Shown: piece by piece, positions 9,042 through 19,523 of the stretch
Position numbering within the stretch: position 1 is the stretch's first letter
How the letters are laid out: each line of letters begins with the position of its first letter
From: an uncultured Chloroflexia bacterium
GTDB lineage: Bacteria; Chloroflexota; Anaerolineae; Promineifilales; Promineifilaceae
Assembly (NCBI GenBank): GCA_963700725.1
Contig: CAVOYS010000008.1
Span: 513,047-577,046, forward strand
DNA: 64,000 nt
Direction of reading: 5' to 3'
The notes under the pieces: model-generated
What the model was told of the DNA's origin: nothing
Databases searched by the model: none
The model's input: only the letters and a program-made list of their open reading frames with translations
Translations under genes and position numbers: made by a program

Positions 9042-10058
9042 ATGAGGCAGTCAGTATTGGTGACTGGTGGCGCGGGATTTATAGGTTCCCATGTAGCCGA
9101 GTACCTGCATACCGCAGGGTTCCAGGTGGTAGTCCTGGATGATTTGAGTGGTGGGAACCGGGACAGTGTTCCAGAGGGTGTGCTTTTTGAACAAGGATCC
9201 GTCGTGGATCAACATAAAGTGGATGCGTTATTCGCGGCTCATAAGTTCTCCCACGTATTTCACCTGGCCGCCTACGCGGCCGAGGTACTCAGCCACCATA
9301 TCAAGCGCTTCAATTACACGAATAATCTTATCGGTTCAACGAACCTTATCAATGCCTCGGTAAATTATAATGTTAGATGCTTTGTTTTTACGTCATCGAT
9401 TGGCGTCTATGGCAATACACCTTCGCCATTGACTGAGGATTTGACGCCATCGCCGAAGGATTCCTACGGCATCGCCAAATATGCAGTGGAGCTTGAATTG
9501 GCAGCCTGCCAGGAGATGTTTGATCTGAATTACATCATTTTCCGGCCGCATAACGTCTACGGAGAGCGCCAGAATATTGGCGACCGCTACCGGAATGTGA
9601 TTGGCATCTTCATAAACCAGGTGATGCAGAACCGGCCGATGTCTGTTTTTGGCGACGGCAGCCAGACCCGGGCCTTCTCTTATATATCCGATGTCGCCCC
9701 GGTAATCGCCGATTCGATAAATAATTCGGCCGCATACAACCAGATTTTTAACGTCGGCGCCGATAAAGCTTATTCCGTGATACAGCTGGCTACAGTAGTG
9801 GCCGAAGCGATGGGCGTTGAACCAGAAATTGAACATTTACCGGTCAGGTTTGAAGCCACGCACCCAATCAGCAGTCATGAAAAGATTCGGCGCATCATGG
9901 GCCATTATGAACCGGTGGCACTGGAACAGGGTGTAGCTCGCATGGCCGCGTGGGCAAAACGGGTTGGTGTACGCAAGAGCAGTCCTTTTGAGGAGATTGA
10001 AATACCTATAAAATTGCCACCAAGTTGGGCGGCCAATGAAACAGATAGCCTGGCATGA
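9042..10058 (+). CDS. NAD-dependent nucleotide-sugar epimerase/dehydratase (extended SDR)
   Basis: VLVTGGAGFIGSHV Rossmann motif and YGIAKYAVE (YxxxK). I prefer ATG 9042, which has GGAG 5 nt upstream and sits just after the upstream stop at 9040, over the track's GTG 9024. Its stop overlaps the wzm start (ATGA). Confidence 0.85.
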   Translation: MRQSVLVTGGAGFIGSHVAEYLHTAGFQVVVLDDLSGGNRDSVPEGVLFEQGSVVDQHKVDALFAAHKFSHVFHLAAYAAEVLSHHIKRFNYTNNLIGSTNLINASVNYNVRCFVFTSSIGVYGNTPSPLTEDLTPSPKDSYGIAKYAVELELAACQEMFDLNYIIFRPHNVYGERQNIGDRYRNVIGIFINQVMQNRPMSVFGDGSQTRAFSYISDVAPVIADSINNSAAYNQIFNVGADKAYSVIQLATVVAEAMGVEPEIEHLPVRFEATHPISSHEKIRRIMGHYEPVALEQGVARMAAWAKRVGVRKSSPFEEIEIPIKLPPSWAANETDSLA

Positions 10059-10954
10059 AAGATTCGACAGAACTCCCGGAAAATGTTACGGCACCTGGCA
10101 AGGATCTGCTGGCGTCGGCCGGATCGCCAAAGGTGGTTATCGAGGCTACTCACGGGCTAGCATCGCTTAAACTGGGCCTGGTTTGGGAATACCGGGAGCT
10201 CTTGTATTTCATGGTCTGGCGCGATATCAAGGTGCGTTACAAACAGACTTTTCTGGGTATCCTGTGGGTCTTGTTGCAGCCTCTGGTAAGCATCATCGTT
10301 TTTTCGGTGTTGTTTGGTTATTTACTGGCCGTGCCATCAGGTGATGTGCCCTATCCCATATTTCTATATAGCGCTCTCTTGCCCTGGACCTACTTTTCTA
10401 CCTCTTTGACCCGCTCAACCACGGGTGTGGTCAATAGCTCCCATCTGATCACCAAAGTCTATTTTCCCCGGCTCGTGATACCCATCAGCGGGGTATTATC
10501 TGGCTTGCTCGACTTTGCTATTGCCTTCGTCATCTTGATAGGACTGATGCTAGTCTATCAGATCAATCCGACGCCAAATATCGTATTTCTGCCCGGTTTT
10601 ATCCTGTTGGCCATGCTGACCGCCCTGGCTTTTGGTCTGTGGCTCTCGGCTTTGAATGTTCGTTTCCGGGATGTGAACTATATGTTGCCTTTCGTCGTCC
10701 AGGTCTGGATGTATCTGACACCGGTGGTTTATGGCAGTAACCTGATCCCCGAACCTTACCGTTTTTTGTTAGCATTGAATCCAATGACCGGGGTGGTGGC
10801 GGGTTTTCGCTGGGCGCTTTTGGGCGACTACCTGGCCGATGCCGCCCCGCCAGATGCATTATTTCCAATATCTATCGCCATCACCCTGATAGTGCTTATA
10901 AGCGGCATTGTCTTTTTCAGGACCACGGAGCGGACGTTTGCCGATATTATCTAG
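10055..10954 (+). CDS. wzm: ABC-2 type polysaccharide/O-antigen export permease
   Basis: Typical Wzm/TagG N-terminus WRDIKVRYKQTFLGILWVLLQP and six hydrophobic segments. Immediately followed by the cognate ATPase. Confidence 0.85.
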   Translation: MKDSTELPENVTAPGKDLLASAGSPKVVIEATHGLASLKLGLVWEYRELLYFMVWRDIKVRYKQTFLGILWVLLQPLVSIIVFSVLFGYLLAVPSGDVPYPIFLYSALLPWTYFSTSLTRSTTGVVNSSHLITKVYFPRLVIPISGVLSGLLDFAIAFVILIGLMLVYQINPTPNIVFLPGFILLAMLTALAFGLWLSALNVRFRDVNYMLPFVVQVWMYLTPVVYGSNLIPEPYRFLLALNPMTGVVAGFRWALLGDYLADAAPPDALFPISIAITLIVLISGIVFFRTTERTFADII

Positions 10955-10969
10955 AGTTGTTTTAAAATT

Positions 10970-12229
10970 ATGAATGACATTGCCATTCGGGTAGAGAATC
11001 TATCCAAGCTTTACTATATCGGGGCTAAGCAGGAAAGGCCGGATAATTTGAGGGAATGGTTGACAGGTCGCTTCCGACGAAACAAACACGATGCCCGCGA
11101 TGAAGCATTGTGGGCTCTAAAGGATGTCTCCTTTGAGGTGAAACGAGGTGAGGTTGTTGGGGTGATCGGCCGCAACGGGGCCGGAAAGTCCACCTTGCTC
11201 AAGATACTCTCTCGCATAACGGAACCGACCGGCGGTCGCGTGGAAATGGACGGCCGGGTTGGGTCGCTGCTGGAGGTGGGAACAGGCTTCCATCCAGAGC
11301 TGACCGGCCGGGAGAATATTTTTTATAGTGGGGCCATTCTGGGCATGCGCCGGGCTGAGATCGACCGCCGTTTTGACGAAATCTTAGACTTCTCCGGAGT
11401 GGAAAAGTTTATCGATACACCGTTTAAACGCTATTCCAGCGGGATGAAGGTTCGATTGGGTTTTGCTGTCGCTGCCCATTTAGAGCCGGAGATCTTGTTG
11501 ATAGATGAGGTATTAGCTGTTGGGGATGCCACTTTTCAGCGGAAGTGCCTCACGAAAATGGATGACATCTCCCGTGAAAATCGTACAATCCTTTTTGTGA
11601 GCCATAACCTAGCGGCAATTAAGAACCTTTGCCCAAGTTCCATTCTCTTGGAAGGTGGTGCAATTGAAACCGAAGGCGATTCAAATGGGGTAATAGCTAG
11701 CTACATGATGTTAGTTTCACCCGCGAAAGATGGATGGAATGACATCCCCCCTGACATCAATCGATTCGGAACTGGAATATTGAGAACAGACTACTTTACC
11801 CTGCGCAACCAACGTGGTGAGAGTGTGGATACGATTGAGAGTGGAGAGGATGTACTCTTCTGTTTTGGTTACACCTCGAATACGACACAAACACTGAAGA
11901 ATGTTGACGTGGGATTTTGGGTAGATAACGAATATGGCGAAACATTATTCGCTCAATATAGTTCATATATGGGACAGAAATTACGAGTTTCGGACGTTCG
12001 AGGGGAGTTTCAGTGCCTGATATCGGATCTTCCATTGTCCCCTGGTCGCTATCTTGTGCATCCAAGAATTCATGTTTATGGCGAGATGGCTGACGGACTA
12101 TTGCAGCCGGCCGGAGCGTTCCAGGTTGAATTCGGGGATTTTTATGGGACGGGAAGCAAAGGATTTTTCTCTGACAATCCACTAGTAAATTTCATGGTTA
12201 AGGGTGATTGGGGTGTGGAAAATATGTAA
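10970..12229 (+). CDS. wzt: Polysaccharide/O-antigen ABC exporter ATP-binding protein with about 170-aa C-terminal extension (Wzt_C-like)
   Basis: Walker A GRNGAGKST, signature YSSGMKVRL, Walker B ILLIDEVLAVGD. At 419 aa it is longer than the roughly 250 aa of a bare NBD. Confidence 0.9.
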   Translation: MNDIAIRVENLSKLYYIGAKQERPDNLREWLTGRFRRNKHDARDEALWALKDVSFEVKRGEVVGVIGRNGAGKSTLLKILSRITEPTGGRVEMDGRVGSLLEVGTGFHPELTGRENIFYSGAILGMRRAEIDRRFDEILDFSGVEKFIDTPFKRYSSGMKVRLGFAVAAHLEPEILLIDEVLAVGDATFQRKCLTKMDDISRENRTILFVSHNLAAIKNLCPSSILLEGGAIETEGDSNGVIASYMMLVSPAKDGWNDIPPDINRFGTGILRTDYFTLRNQRGESVDTIESGEDVLFCFGYTSNTTQTLKNVDVGFWVDNEYGETLFAQYSSYMGQKLRVSDVRGEFQCLISDLPLSPGRYLVHPRIHVYGEMADGLLQPAGAFQVEFGDFYGTGSKGFFSDNPLVNFMVKGDWGVENM

Positions 12230-12566
12230 TCCTGGACCTACGAATTGCGCAGACTTGGACGACGCTCTCAATCGACGTAGACATTTGTTGTCGCTTATCT
12301 CGGTAAAATCGTTTCGATTCTTTGCATCACCTACTGGAATAATCTGAGATAATAATTGATCATTTTGGTTTGATATAATTGACATTCTCATCCAATCAAG
12401 CCGTGGTGGTTGGGTCATTTGCTGAATTAATGTCTCCTTGATTGAATTTCGCAGGATAATGAGCGAGAAATTATAGGGGGAAATTCCTCGTGTTCATAGG
12501 TTGGCGGAGATTACTCTTGATTTGAGACGAGCTTAAATTAGCGTGTGACGATCGCTCAAATTACGG

Positions 12567-13850
12567 ATGATTCCTTCGTTGGTGATTCGTTTTTTGGTCT
12601 CTCTATTGATAAATACTGCATTAGTGTTTTTTCCTCATAACCCGCTGCCTCCTAAAACAGGCGCGCATAAACGCTGTCTGGAAATGTTGGCTGCGTTACG
12701 AAGTTTAGGTATCAAGACAACCCTGACGAGCTCAATAGATACATCTGAAACTGCCTGGACACAAGGCAGTATCGATTTGTTATTGGACGACTACGTAACT
12801 GCTGTGCATGTGTATGAGAATCAAGCGATTGATCGCTGGCATGAGAAGTTGCTGGAACGTTATTATCGCCGTTTTAATCTTGAGCCTCCAGTGAATTCCG
12901 CTTTACATAGCCCACTGGGCATGCGGCGGTGGTTCAGGAAACTTTGCAATCAGATCCAGCCAGATCTGATTATTATGAATTATGCTTACTGGGACGGACT
13001 CATTGACCACCGGAAGCAGCGCCGTTCATTTCGCTTGATTGATTCTCTCGATCTACTTTCAATTCATAGCGCCAGAAAGCGGCAGCTCACCAAATCACTG
13101 GCTAAAAATGATATAGAAAATAAGGGGGCAGATAGAAATGATATGTTGCAGGAAAATTATTTTGATTCGTTTCCAACTGCTGTTGATCCCCATGAATTAG
13201 CCATCTATGATAAATATGATTGCACATTGGCGATATCTTTGCATGAAGCCAGAATCATAAGCCAAGGAACAAACAACACCCACGTTGAATTGCTGAAGAT
13301 GTCACATGGTGTTGTCTCTGTCGAAAATAGTTACAGTGACGGAGCCCTCTTTACGACAGGGCCCAATATTTTCAATTTGCAGGGTTATTATTATTTTGTT
13401 AGGCGGGTTCTCCCAATAATCCTGAAGAGCGATCCCTCATTCCGTTTGATAGTTACCGGTTACATAGGCAGCGAAATAAAAGTACAAAATAGTCGCGGAA
13501 TAGAGCTGCTAGGATTTGTGCCGAATCTAACGCAATATTACGAGCGAGCTCGGTTTGCGATTTGCCCAGTCTTTGGCGGTACTGGGCAGCAGATTAAGAT
13601 AGTAGAAGCAATGGCCCACGGATTGCCGGTTATAGCCCTGCATAGTGCGGCAGAGGCTTCTCCTATTAAAGACGGGATCAACGGCCTTGTTGCGAAGGAT
13701 GCCGATGAGTTTGCCAGCCAGGCAATTGTTCTGTGGCAGGATCAAGCTCTGTGCCGCCGCTTAGGTGCGGCTGCCAGAAAAACGATTGCACATGAATGCT
13801 CGCCAGAAATAAATGTCGCCCTGCTTCGATCGATCCTGGAGGTGTGTTGA
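12567..13850 (+). CDS. Glycosyltransferase, GT-B fold (GT4-like)
   Basis: C-terminal Glycos_transf_1-type block RFAICPVFGGTGQQIKIVEAMAHGLPVIALHSAAEASPIKDGINGLV. The N-terminal half is divergent. Confidence 0.75.
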   Translation: MIPSLVIRFLVSLLINTALVFFPHNPLPPKTGAHKRCLEMLAALRSLGIKTTLTSSIDTSETAWTQGSIDLLLDDYVTAVHVYENQAIDRWHEKLLERYYRRFNLEPPVNSALHSPLGMRRWFRKLCNQIQPDLIIMNYAYWDGLIDHRKQRRSFRLIDSLDLLSIHSARKRQLTKSLAKNDIENKGADRNDMLQENYFDSFPTAVDPHELAIYDKYDCTLAISLHEARIISQGTNNTHVELLKMSHGVVSVENSYSDGALFTTGPNIFNLQGYYYFVRRVLPIILKSDPSFRLIVTGYIGSEIKVQNSRGIELLGFVPNLTQYYERARFAICPVFGGTGQQIKIVEAMAHGLPVIALHSAAEASPIKDGINGLVAKDADEFASQAIVLWQDQALCRRLGAAARKTIAHECSPEINVALLRSILEVC

Positions 13851-13928
13851 ATTTCAATTTAAGTAGGTTTCATGCAATATCTATGAGCCTCAAACGAAGA
13901 GTTATGAATAAGACGTATTGCCTAGCCT

Positions 13929-15134
13929 ATGAATTCTGATCCAAGTCTATCGATCGGTATTGCTGCCCTAAATGTGATTCCCAGAGAATTAGGGGGGACA
14001 GGCATATACGTGTGGAATCTTGTTAATGCATTGGCTAAATATGCAACCAAACACAAATACACAATCCTTGTGCATAAGGCGGTGCTAAGAGATTGGTTGG
14101 AGGTAGACTGGCCTGATAACGTGAAAATTGCAGGCATTGCGAAAGTCACACATGAAAAAAGTGTATCGGTTCAAGCGCGCTGGGCAGTAAAAAGACTAAT
14201 TGGGCTTAGAGAAGCTGGTCAAGATATTCCAGAATTTGCAGCACGACAGATAGATGGACTACGGTTGTCGCTAATTCACTTCCCGGCGACTTTGATTTGG
14301 CCATTGAATGTCCAAACGAGATCGATTCTTACCTTCTTCGATATGCAACATGAATATTTCCCTGAATTTTTCACTGAAAGCGAGTTGGTGAGAAGAAGCA
14401 GCCTCTACTATCCATCGGTTGAGAAGGCAACACATCTTATTGTACCCAGTTTGTTTACCCGCGATACACTTGTTAGAAAATATCAAGTCACAAACGAAAA
14501 GATTTCTTTGCTTTACGTTGGTCTCAACCCAAGTTTCAAGAAACTGAACCAGGACAGAATCGACGCAATCCGAGGTAAATATGGGCTTCCTCGCAATTAT
14601 ATCTATTATCCGGCTAACCCATGGCAGCATAAGAATCATGCCCGGTTGATGGCTGCCATACGTATCTATTCCGAGAGATACGGTACTCCTCCGGTACTGG
14701 TATCTACTGGACGTCTGACTGAAGAAACAAGAGATATATTATCGTTGGCTATCGCCGCAGGCGTGGAAGAAAATGTGATAGACCTTGGTGCTGTACCGGC
14801 CGAAGATTTACCCGGATTGTACAATGGTGCAAGTATGATGGTTTTCCCTTCTCTTTTTGAAGGTTTCGGTATGCCCCTGGTTGAGGCGATGGCATGTGGT
14901 TGCCCTATTACCGCTGCAGATGCATCTGCGGTTCCGGAGATAACCAGAGGTGCAGCACTCCTTTTTAATCCGTTTAGCAACCAGGAAATCGCTGACTGTA
15001 TAAACCGGCTGTCCGTCGAAGGCGCACTAAGGCAAAAACTTATCAAATCAGGCTACAGTCAACTTAAAAGGTTCCAATGGCCAATTATTGTTAGTGAGCT
15101 AGAAGAAATCTACAAAAAAGCCATTAGATCCTAA
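13929..15134 (+). CDS. Glycosyltransferase family 4
   Basis: MMVFPSLFEGFGMPLVEAMACGCPITAADASAVPEI (E-x7-E motif region). Confidence 0.85.
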   Translation: MNSDPSLSIGIAALNVIPRELGGTGIYVWNLVNALAKYATKHKYTILVHKAVLRDWLEVDWPDNVKIAGIAKVTHEKSVSVQARWAVKRLIGLREAGQDIPEFAARQIDGLRLSLIHFPATLIWPLNVQTRSILTFFDMQHEYFPEFFTESELVRRSSLYYPSVEKATHLIVPSLFTRDTLVRKYQVTNEKISLLYVGLNPSFKKLNQDRIDAIRGKYGLPRNYIYYPANPWQHKNHARLMAAIRIYSERYGTPPVLVSTGRLTEETRDILSLAIAAGVEENVIDLGAVPAEDLPGLYNGASMMVFPSLFEGFGMPLVEAMACGCPITAADASAVPEITRGAALLFNPFSNQEIADCINRLSVEGALRQKLIKSGYSQLKRFQWPIIVSELEEIYKKAIRS

Positions 15135-15339
15135 AAATGTGGAAACCGACTACCCTTCTAAGTCTGGCTAAAATACCCAACAATAAATGGTAGTGCCTTA
15201 AAGAACCTGTTTTTTTACCGATAGGGTTCTTATTGCCGCATCTAGAAAAAATTAACACGATATTTGCATTCAAGATAAATTATTGCTGAATGACTCCCGA
15301 TATCGGTAATTCTTTATTTAACAGGAAGATAATTTCCTT

Positions 15340-16797
15340 ATGGTAATATTCACAAGCCGATTGGCATTTATCACAGTTTTTTTTATATTGATATCGTACC
15401 ATAATTCTATGCCTTCCAAGCAAACAACAGGCGATAATTGGGAACAGGCGCTGACTTTATCAAATACTGACCGGTCCAGAGACCCAATAATGGTCGTGGA
15501 TAACGAGCAGACTGTGCATGTTCTGTGGATAGACTGGAGGGAAATTGATGGAGAGTGGATCAGCGATACTATTTATTATACCCATAAGCGGCATGGGGAA
15601 GAGCACTGGTCGGCGCCAGTCGATGTTCTGCTTGCTGGGCGTGAAGGTGGAATCGAGTTTAGCCGAATCGTACAGTCACCCAAAGGTGATCTGGTTGTAG
15701 CCTGGCGCGACTATGATTCTCTATATGTTAGTAAGGTCAATCCTCAAAAGGCAGGCGATCCAAAGGCCTGGGAAACATCACAATTGCTTTCAGGGTTCTA
15801 TCCTTGGCCTGACATTGCCATTGATAAGAATGGTACTGTGTATGTGGCAACGTCAGAGAACGGGGCAATCAAATTATTTAGATTGGACGAGAAGCTCAGC
15901 ACGATAATTTCAGAACATTTTGTCGCAATTCCTGGTCCGGATAAACAATTCCATATTCCCCGTATGTTTGTTGATAAAAACAACATTTTGCACATCGTTT
16001 GGAATGAAATATCGGAGGAAACCAATTGGGAAGCTTCAGGTGTTTGGTACGCAAGGTCGATTGATGGTGGAGAATCGTGGTCAAATACCCTGCGTGATCC
16101 AGATAGGGGAGCGTGGATTACAGTGATTGGTGATGAATCAGGCACTTTGCATCTTGTTTGGTCCCATGGTATATGGTCCAGTTCAGGACGTTGGCATCGC
16201 ATTTCGACTGATGGAGGAATAAGTTGGGGAGACCCCAAAAAAATATTCAATCCTGGACCAGGTAATGGGTTAACTGGATGGCCCCAGTTAGCGTTCGACA
16301 GTAATGGAAATCTTCATCTTGTTACAGCGGTAAACGAGATTTTGGTTGAAGGGAAAACCGAAATTACTACCATCGTGTCAACTGAATGGAATGGATCGTC
16401 CTGGTCTGCCCCAGAATCTGTTATCGATAGAGACGTTATCCTCGGAGGGGAGCAAGTTCGATTGGCTATCTCCAATGGCAATCAACTTCATGTCACATTT
16501 TATTCCTATGAAGTAGATGATGCATTTGCCATTCAATATACAAGCCGTTTTCTTGACGCACCCGAGCTGCCTTCAGAGCCAATTGTTATTGATGATAATG
16601 CAGATGTGATTAAAACTGAAGCGTTGCCAAATGTTGAGCAAGTATTTGGGCGCCTGCAAGATAGTTCGGAACCACTAACGTTTGAGGGTCAAGAACCAGA
16701 AAATTCTAAAGGGTATTTTCCACTCGTGTTGGGCCTAGGGGTTTCAGTTATATTTATCGCCTTCATTCTGATAATCAACACCCGAGTAAGGCGATAA
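15340..16797 (+). CDS. BNR/Asp-box repeat surface protein, shorter paralogue of 4344-7073, with C-terminal TM anchor
   Basis: It shares the N-terminal pattern of the 909-aa protein: GDNWEQALTLS..DPIMVVDNEQTVHVLW versus GENWQDPINIS..SPRIVVDSLGRSHVIW. Asp-boxes SIDGGESW and STDGGISW. Repeated LH(I/L)VW strands. Tail FPLVLGLGVSVIFIAFILIINTRVRR. Confidence 0.65.
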   Translation: MVIFTSRLAFITVFFILISYHNSMPSKQTTGDNWEQALTLSNTDRSRDPIMVVDNEQTVHVLWIDWREIDGEWISDTIYYTHKRHGEEHWSAPVDVLLAGREGGIEFSRIVQSPKGDLVVAWRDYDSLYVSKVNPQKAGDPKAWETSQLLSGFYPWPDIAIDKNGTVYVATSENGAIKLFRLDEKLSTIISEHFVAIPGPDKQFHIPRMFVDKNNILHIVWNEISEETNWEASGVWYARSIDGGESWSNTLRDPDRGAWITVIGDESGTLHLVWSHGIWSSSGRWHRISTDGGISWGDPKKIFNPGPGNGLTGWPQLAFDSNGNLHLVTAVNEILVEGKTEITTIVSTEWNGSSWSAPESVIDRDVILGGEQVRLAISNGNQLHVTFYSYEVDDAFAIQYTSRFLDAPELPSEPIVIDDNADVIKTEALPNVEQVFGRLQDSSEPLTFEGQEPENSKGYFPLVLGLGVSVIFIAFILIINTRVRR

Positions 16798-16887
16798 ATC
16801 ATTTGACAGAGCCTTAGCCTAAGAATTGTTACTCAAACAAGATCGTCCTATTGAATTGTCAAGTCCTGCCTTTCTAGATATCCGATC

Positions 16888-18060
16888 ATGACCAATGAAA
16901 ACCCTCGAGTATCCATTATTACGCCTTCCTACAACTCGGCTCAGTACATCGAAGAGACAATTAGAAGTGTTCGGTCTCAGAGTTACCCAAATATTGAGCA
17001 TATTATCATAGATGGTAAATCATCTGATGAAACCATTTCCATACTTAATCGGTATCAAGAATCATTATCATGGTTATCGGAGAGAGATGAGGGGCAATCT
17101 GATGCCTTAAACAAGGGGCTAAGGCTTTCTTCAGGTGATGTGATTGGTTGGTTAAATGCTGATGACACCTATAATGTCAATGCTATTAGTGACGCAGTTA
17201 CCTTTCTCTCCAACAACCCCAATGTTGGTATGACTTATGCAAATTGCCATATTATTAATGGGGAAGGAAAAATCATTGATCGCTTCGAACCCGGCGCGTT
17301 TGATCTAAAAAAGCAACTTACTGAAAATATTATTCCTCAGCCAACCATTTTTGTTCGACGAAACATCCTAAAAGAGCTTGGATTCGTCCGAAATGATCTT
17401 CATTTCGTTATGGATTATGACCTTTGGTTACGGATTGGTCGAAAGTACCTGATTCTGAAAAATGGAGGTTGGCCAGCCAACTTTCGTATTTCCAAAGGAT
17501 CTAAGACAACGTCTAATCCGCGACAGTTTTGTCTTGAAAATTTGGTGGTATTAAAGGATTTTTTCGATACCATAGAAATGTATGATCCCTTGAATGAGCT
17601 TTATGATCAGGCATTCGCCTTGGCGCACTGGCGTGTCGCAATTGCATGCTATCGGGAAGGGGATGTTCAGGCGGGCCAAGAACACCTGAAAAAAGCGACC
17701 ATAAAGCATCGGTTATTTGAACAAGGTCACAGGAACGCCATTCACACGATTGCTCATGTAATAGCCAGCGACTATGATCAAGCAACAAATCAATTCGCGG
17801 ATCGTTTACAAATAGACCTTTCGGAAATGAACCAGCTTCCTCCAAGGTTTAGTAGTCAAATTGCCGGCCAGGTTTACGCAATTCGGGCATTCAAATCGCG
17901 ATCAGCTGACGGCTCTGGATTATCCTTGTCAGATACTTTTAATTGCATTTTGAACGATCCATATTGGCTTAGAAATAGAGGATTTCGTTCATTGTGTTTT
18001 GAAGCTATCTTGGGCAATTGGATTGCCGAGCGACTTAGACGCATTATCAACGTTCTTTAA
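16888..18060 (+). CDS. Glycosyltransferase family 2 with about 150-aa C-terminal extension
   Basis: VSIITPSYNSAQYIEETIRSVRSQSY ... IIIDGKSSDET ... DEGQSDALNKG ... WLNADD (GT-A DxD region). Confidence 0.85.
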   Translation: MTNENPRVSIITPSYNSAQYIEETIRSVRSQSYPNIEHIIIDGKSSDETISILNRYQESLSWLSERDEGQSDALNKGLRLSSGDVIGWLNADDTYNVNAISDAVTFLSNNPNVGMTYANCHIINGEGKIIDRFEPGAFDLKKQLTENIIPQPTIFVRRNILKELGFVRNDLHFVMDYDLWLRIGRKYLILKNGGWPANFRISKGSKTTSNPRQFCLENLVVLKDFFDTIEMYDPLNELYDQAFALAHWRVAIACYREGDVQAGQEHLKKATIKHRLFEQGHRNAIHTIAHVIASDYDQATNQFADRLQIDLSEMNQLPPRFSSQIAGQVYAIRAFKSRSADGSGLSLSDTFNCILNDPYWLRNRGFRSLCFEAILGNWIAERLRRIINVL

Positions 18061-18239
18061 TCATAACGGATGGGACAGGCAAAGTATTTCCAATATCTCT
18101 TGAGTTAGTTGATATTCGCGATGCGCTTTATTGTGTACTTGCAGGCAGGACGATAATCAAAACGCCAATTTCAGTAAAAGGCTAGATTCAGAGTCGATAT
18201 TGACCATCAAAGTAGTGGGGATCCTTTCAGGTAGCGACT

Positions 18240-19487
18240 GTGAAGCTTTTATTTGTATCCAACTTCTATCCACCCTATGCTCGAGGCGGATATGAGATGC
18301 ATTGTTACGAAAATGCCAAAGGCCTGATGGCTGCTGGTCATGAGGTGCATGTACTCACCAGTCGTCAAGGTGTTACCAGAGAGGAACCAGGAAATACAGT
18401 CACGCGTTCGTTATTCTTGCAGAGTGACAGTCAGTATTATCGACCATTGCACTTCTTTACAGGTAGACATCGCGAACATAAGCATAACATTTATACCTTA
18501 AGAACTCTCGTTAAAAAGATCGAACCTGATGTAATTGTTTTTTGGGGAATGTGGAATCTGAGTAGGGCTATTCCACTTGAAGCAGAATCTTTTGGTCTAC
18601 CGGTTGCTTATTGGATTGGTGATTTATGGCCGGGTAGTCCTGATTTGGATACTATTTACTGGCTTACCAATGCGAACCATTTTTGGTCCAAACCGCTTAA
18701 ACGGCTCGCTTCCAAGATCGCCTTTATGTGGATCAAGGAACAAGATTATGTTGATAATCTTCGCTTTGAAAACATAGCATTCGGAAGCCAGTTCTTAATG
18801 GATAGCCTGATCGAACATGGTTTCAGGTTTGAAAGACCAAGTATTATATATTGCGGTATTAATCTCGAACTTTTCTGGAGGGACGTGGATTGGAACCAGA
18901 TTTATGTCCAACGGAGCCATAGATCAGATATCAAACTTATCTATGTTGGAGCTATATCGGAACAAAAGGGAATCCTGACCCTTATCCGTTCAATATTTTT
19001 CCTGAACCAGCGACGATCTGGGCAAGTCAAATTGACTATCGTTGGGACAGGTTCTACGCTAGAAGAGATGAAAATGAGGTCGCTGATCTCTCAGATGAGT
19101 CTTGAAGGACTAGTTAAAATCGACGGTTACCGTCCAAATAGGGATCTTCCGCGCTTGTTATTTAAACACGATGCCCTGGTATTTCCATCCATTATTGAAG
19201 AGGGTTTTGGTCGAGTTGCGGCCGAGGCTATGGCCGCAGGCTTGGCTGTTATCGGTTCAGGGACTGGCGGAAGTGCTGAAATTATTGAACACGAAGTCAC
19301 TGGCCTACGATTTCAGCCTGGGGATCCAATTAATTTAGCTAGACAAATTGGATTTCTTATGGATTCCCCATCACTTTTCGTTCAAATTTCAGCAGCCGGG
19401 CAGCGCTATGTACAGTCAAATTTCGGGCTCAACCGGATGATTGAGGAAGTGGAAAACTTTATACTGAAAACGTATGAAATCGCATAA
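18240..19487 (+). CDS. Glycosyltransferase family 4
   Basis: GTG start giving MKLLFVSNFYPP. FPSIIEEGFGRVAAEAMAAGLAVIGSGTGGSAEIIEHEVTG. Confidence 0.85.
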   Translation: MKLLFVSNFYPPYARGGYEMHCYENAKGLMAAGHEVHVLTSRQGVTREEPGNTVTRSLFLQSDSQYYRPLHFFTGRHREHKHNIYTLRTLVKKIEPDVIVFWGMWNLSRAIPLEAESFGLPVAYWIGDLWPGSPDLDTIYWLTNANHFWSKPLKRLASKIAFMWIKEQDYVDNLRFENIAFGSQFLMDSLIEHGFRFERPSIIYCGINLELFWRDVDWNQIYVQRSHRSDIKLIYVGAISEQKGILTLIRSIFFLNQRRSGQVKLTIVGTGSTLEEMKMRSLISQMSLEGLVKIDGYRPNRDLPRLLFKHDALVFPSIIEEGFGRVAAEAMAAGLAVIGSGTGGSAEIIEHEVTGLRFQPGDPINLARQIGFLMDSPSLFVQISAAGQRYVQSNFGLNRMIEEVENFILKTYEIA

Positions 19488-19523
19488 TTCAAGATATTCT
19501 TAAGGCATAGGGGTAGAAACCGA

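Noticed and set aside
12182-12418. 78-aa minus-strand ORF in the wzt-GT4 spacer
   Set aside because: No motif and no RBS. It overlaps the wzt 3' end and runs opposite to a 30-kb unidirectional cluster.
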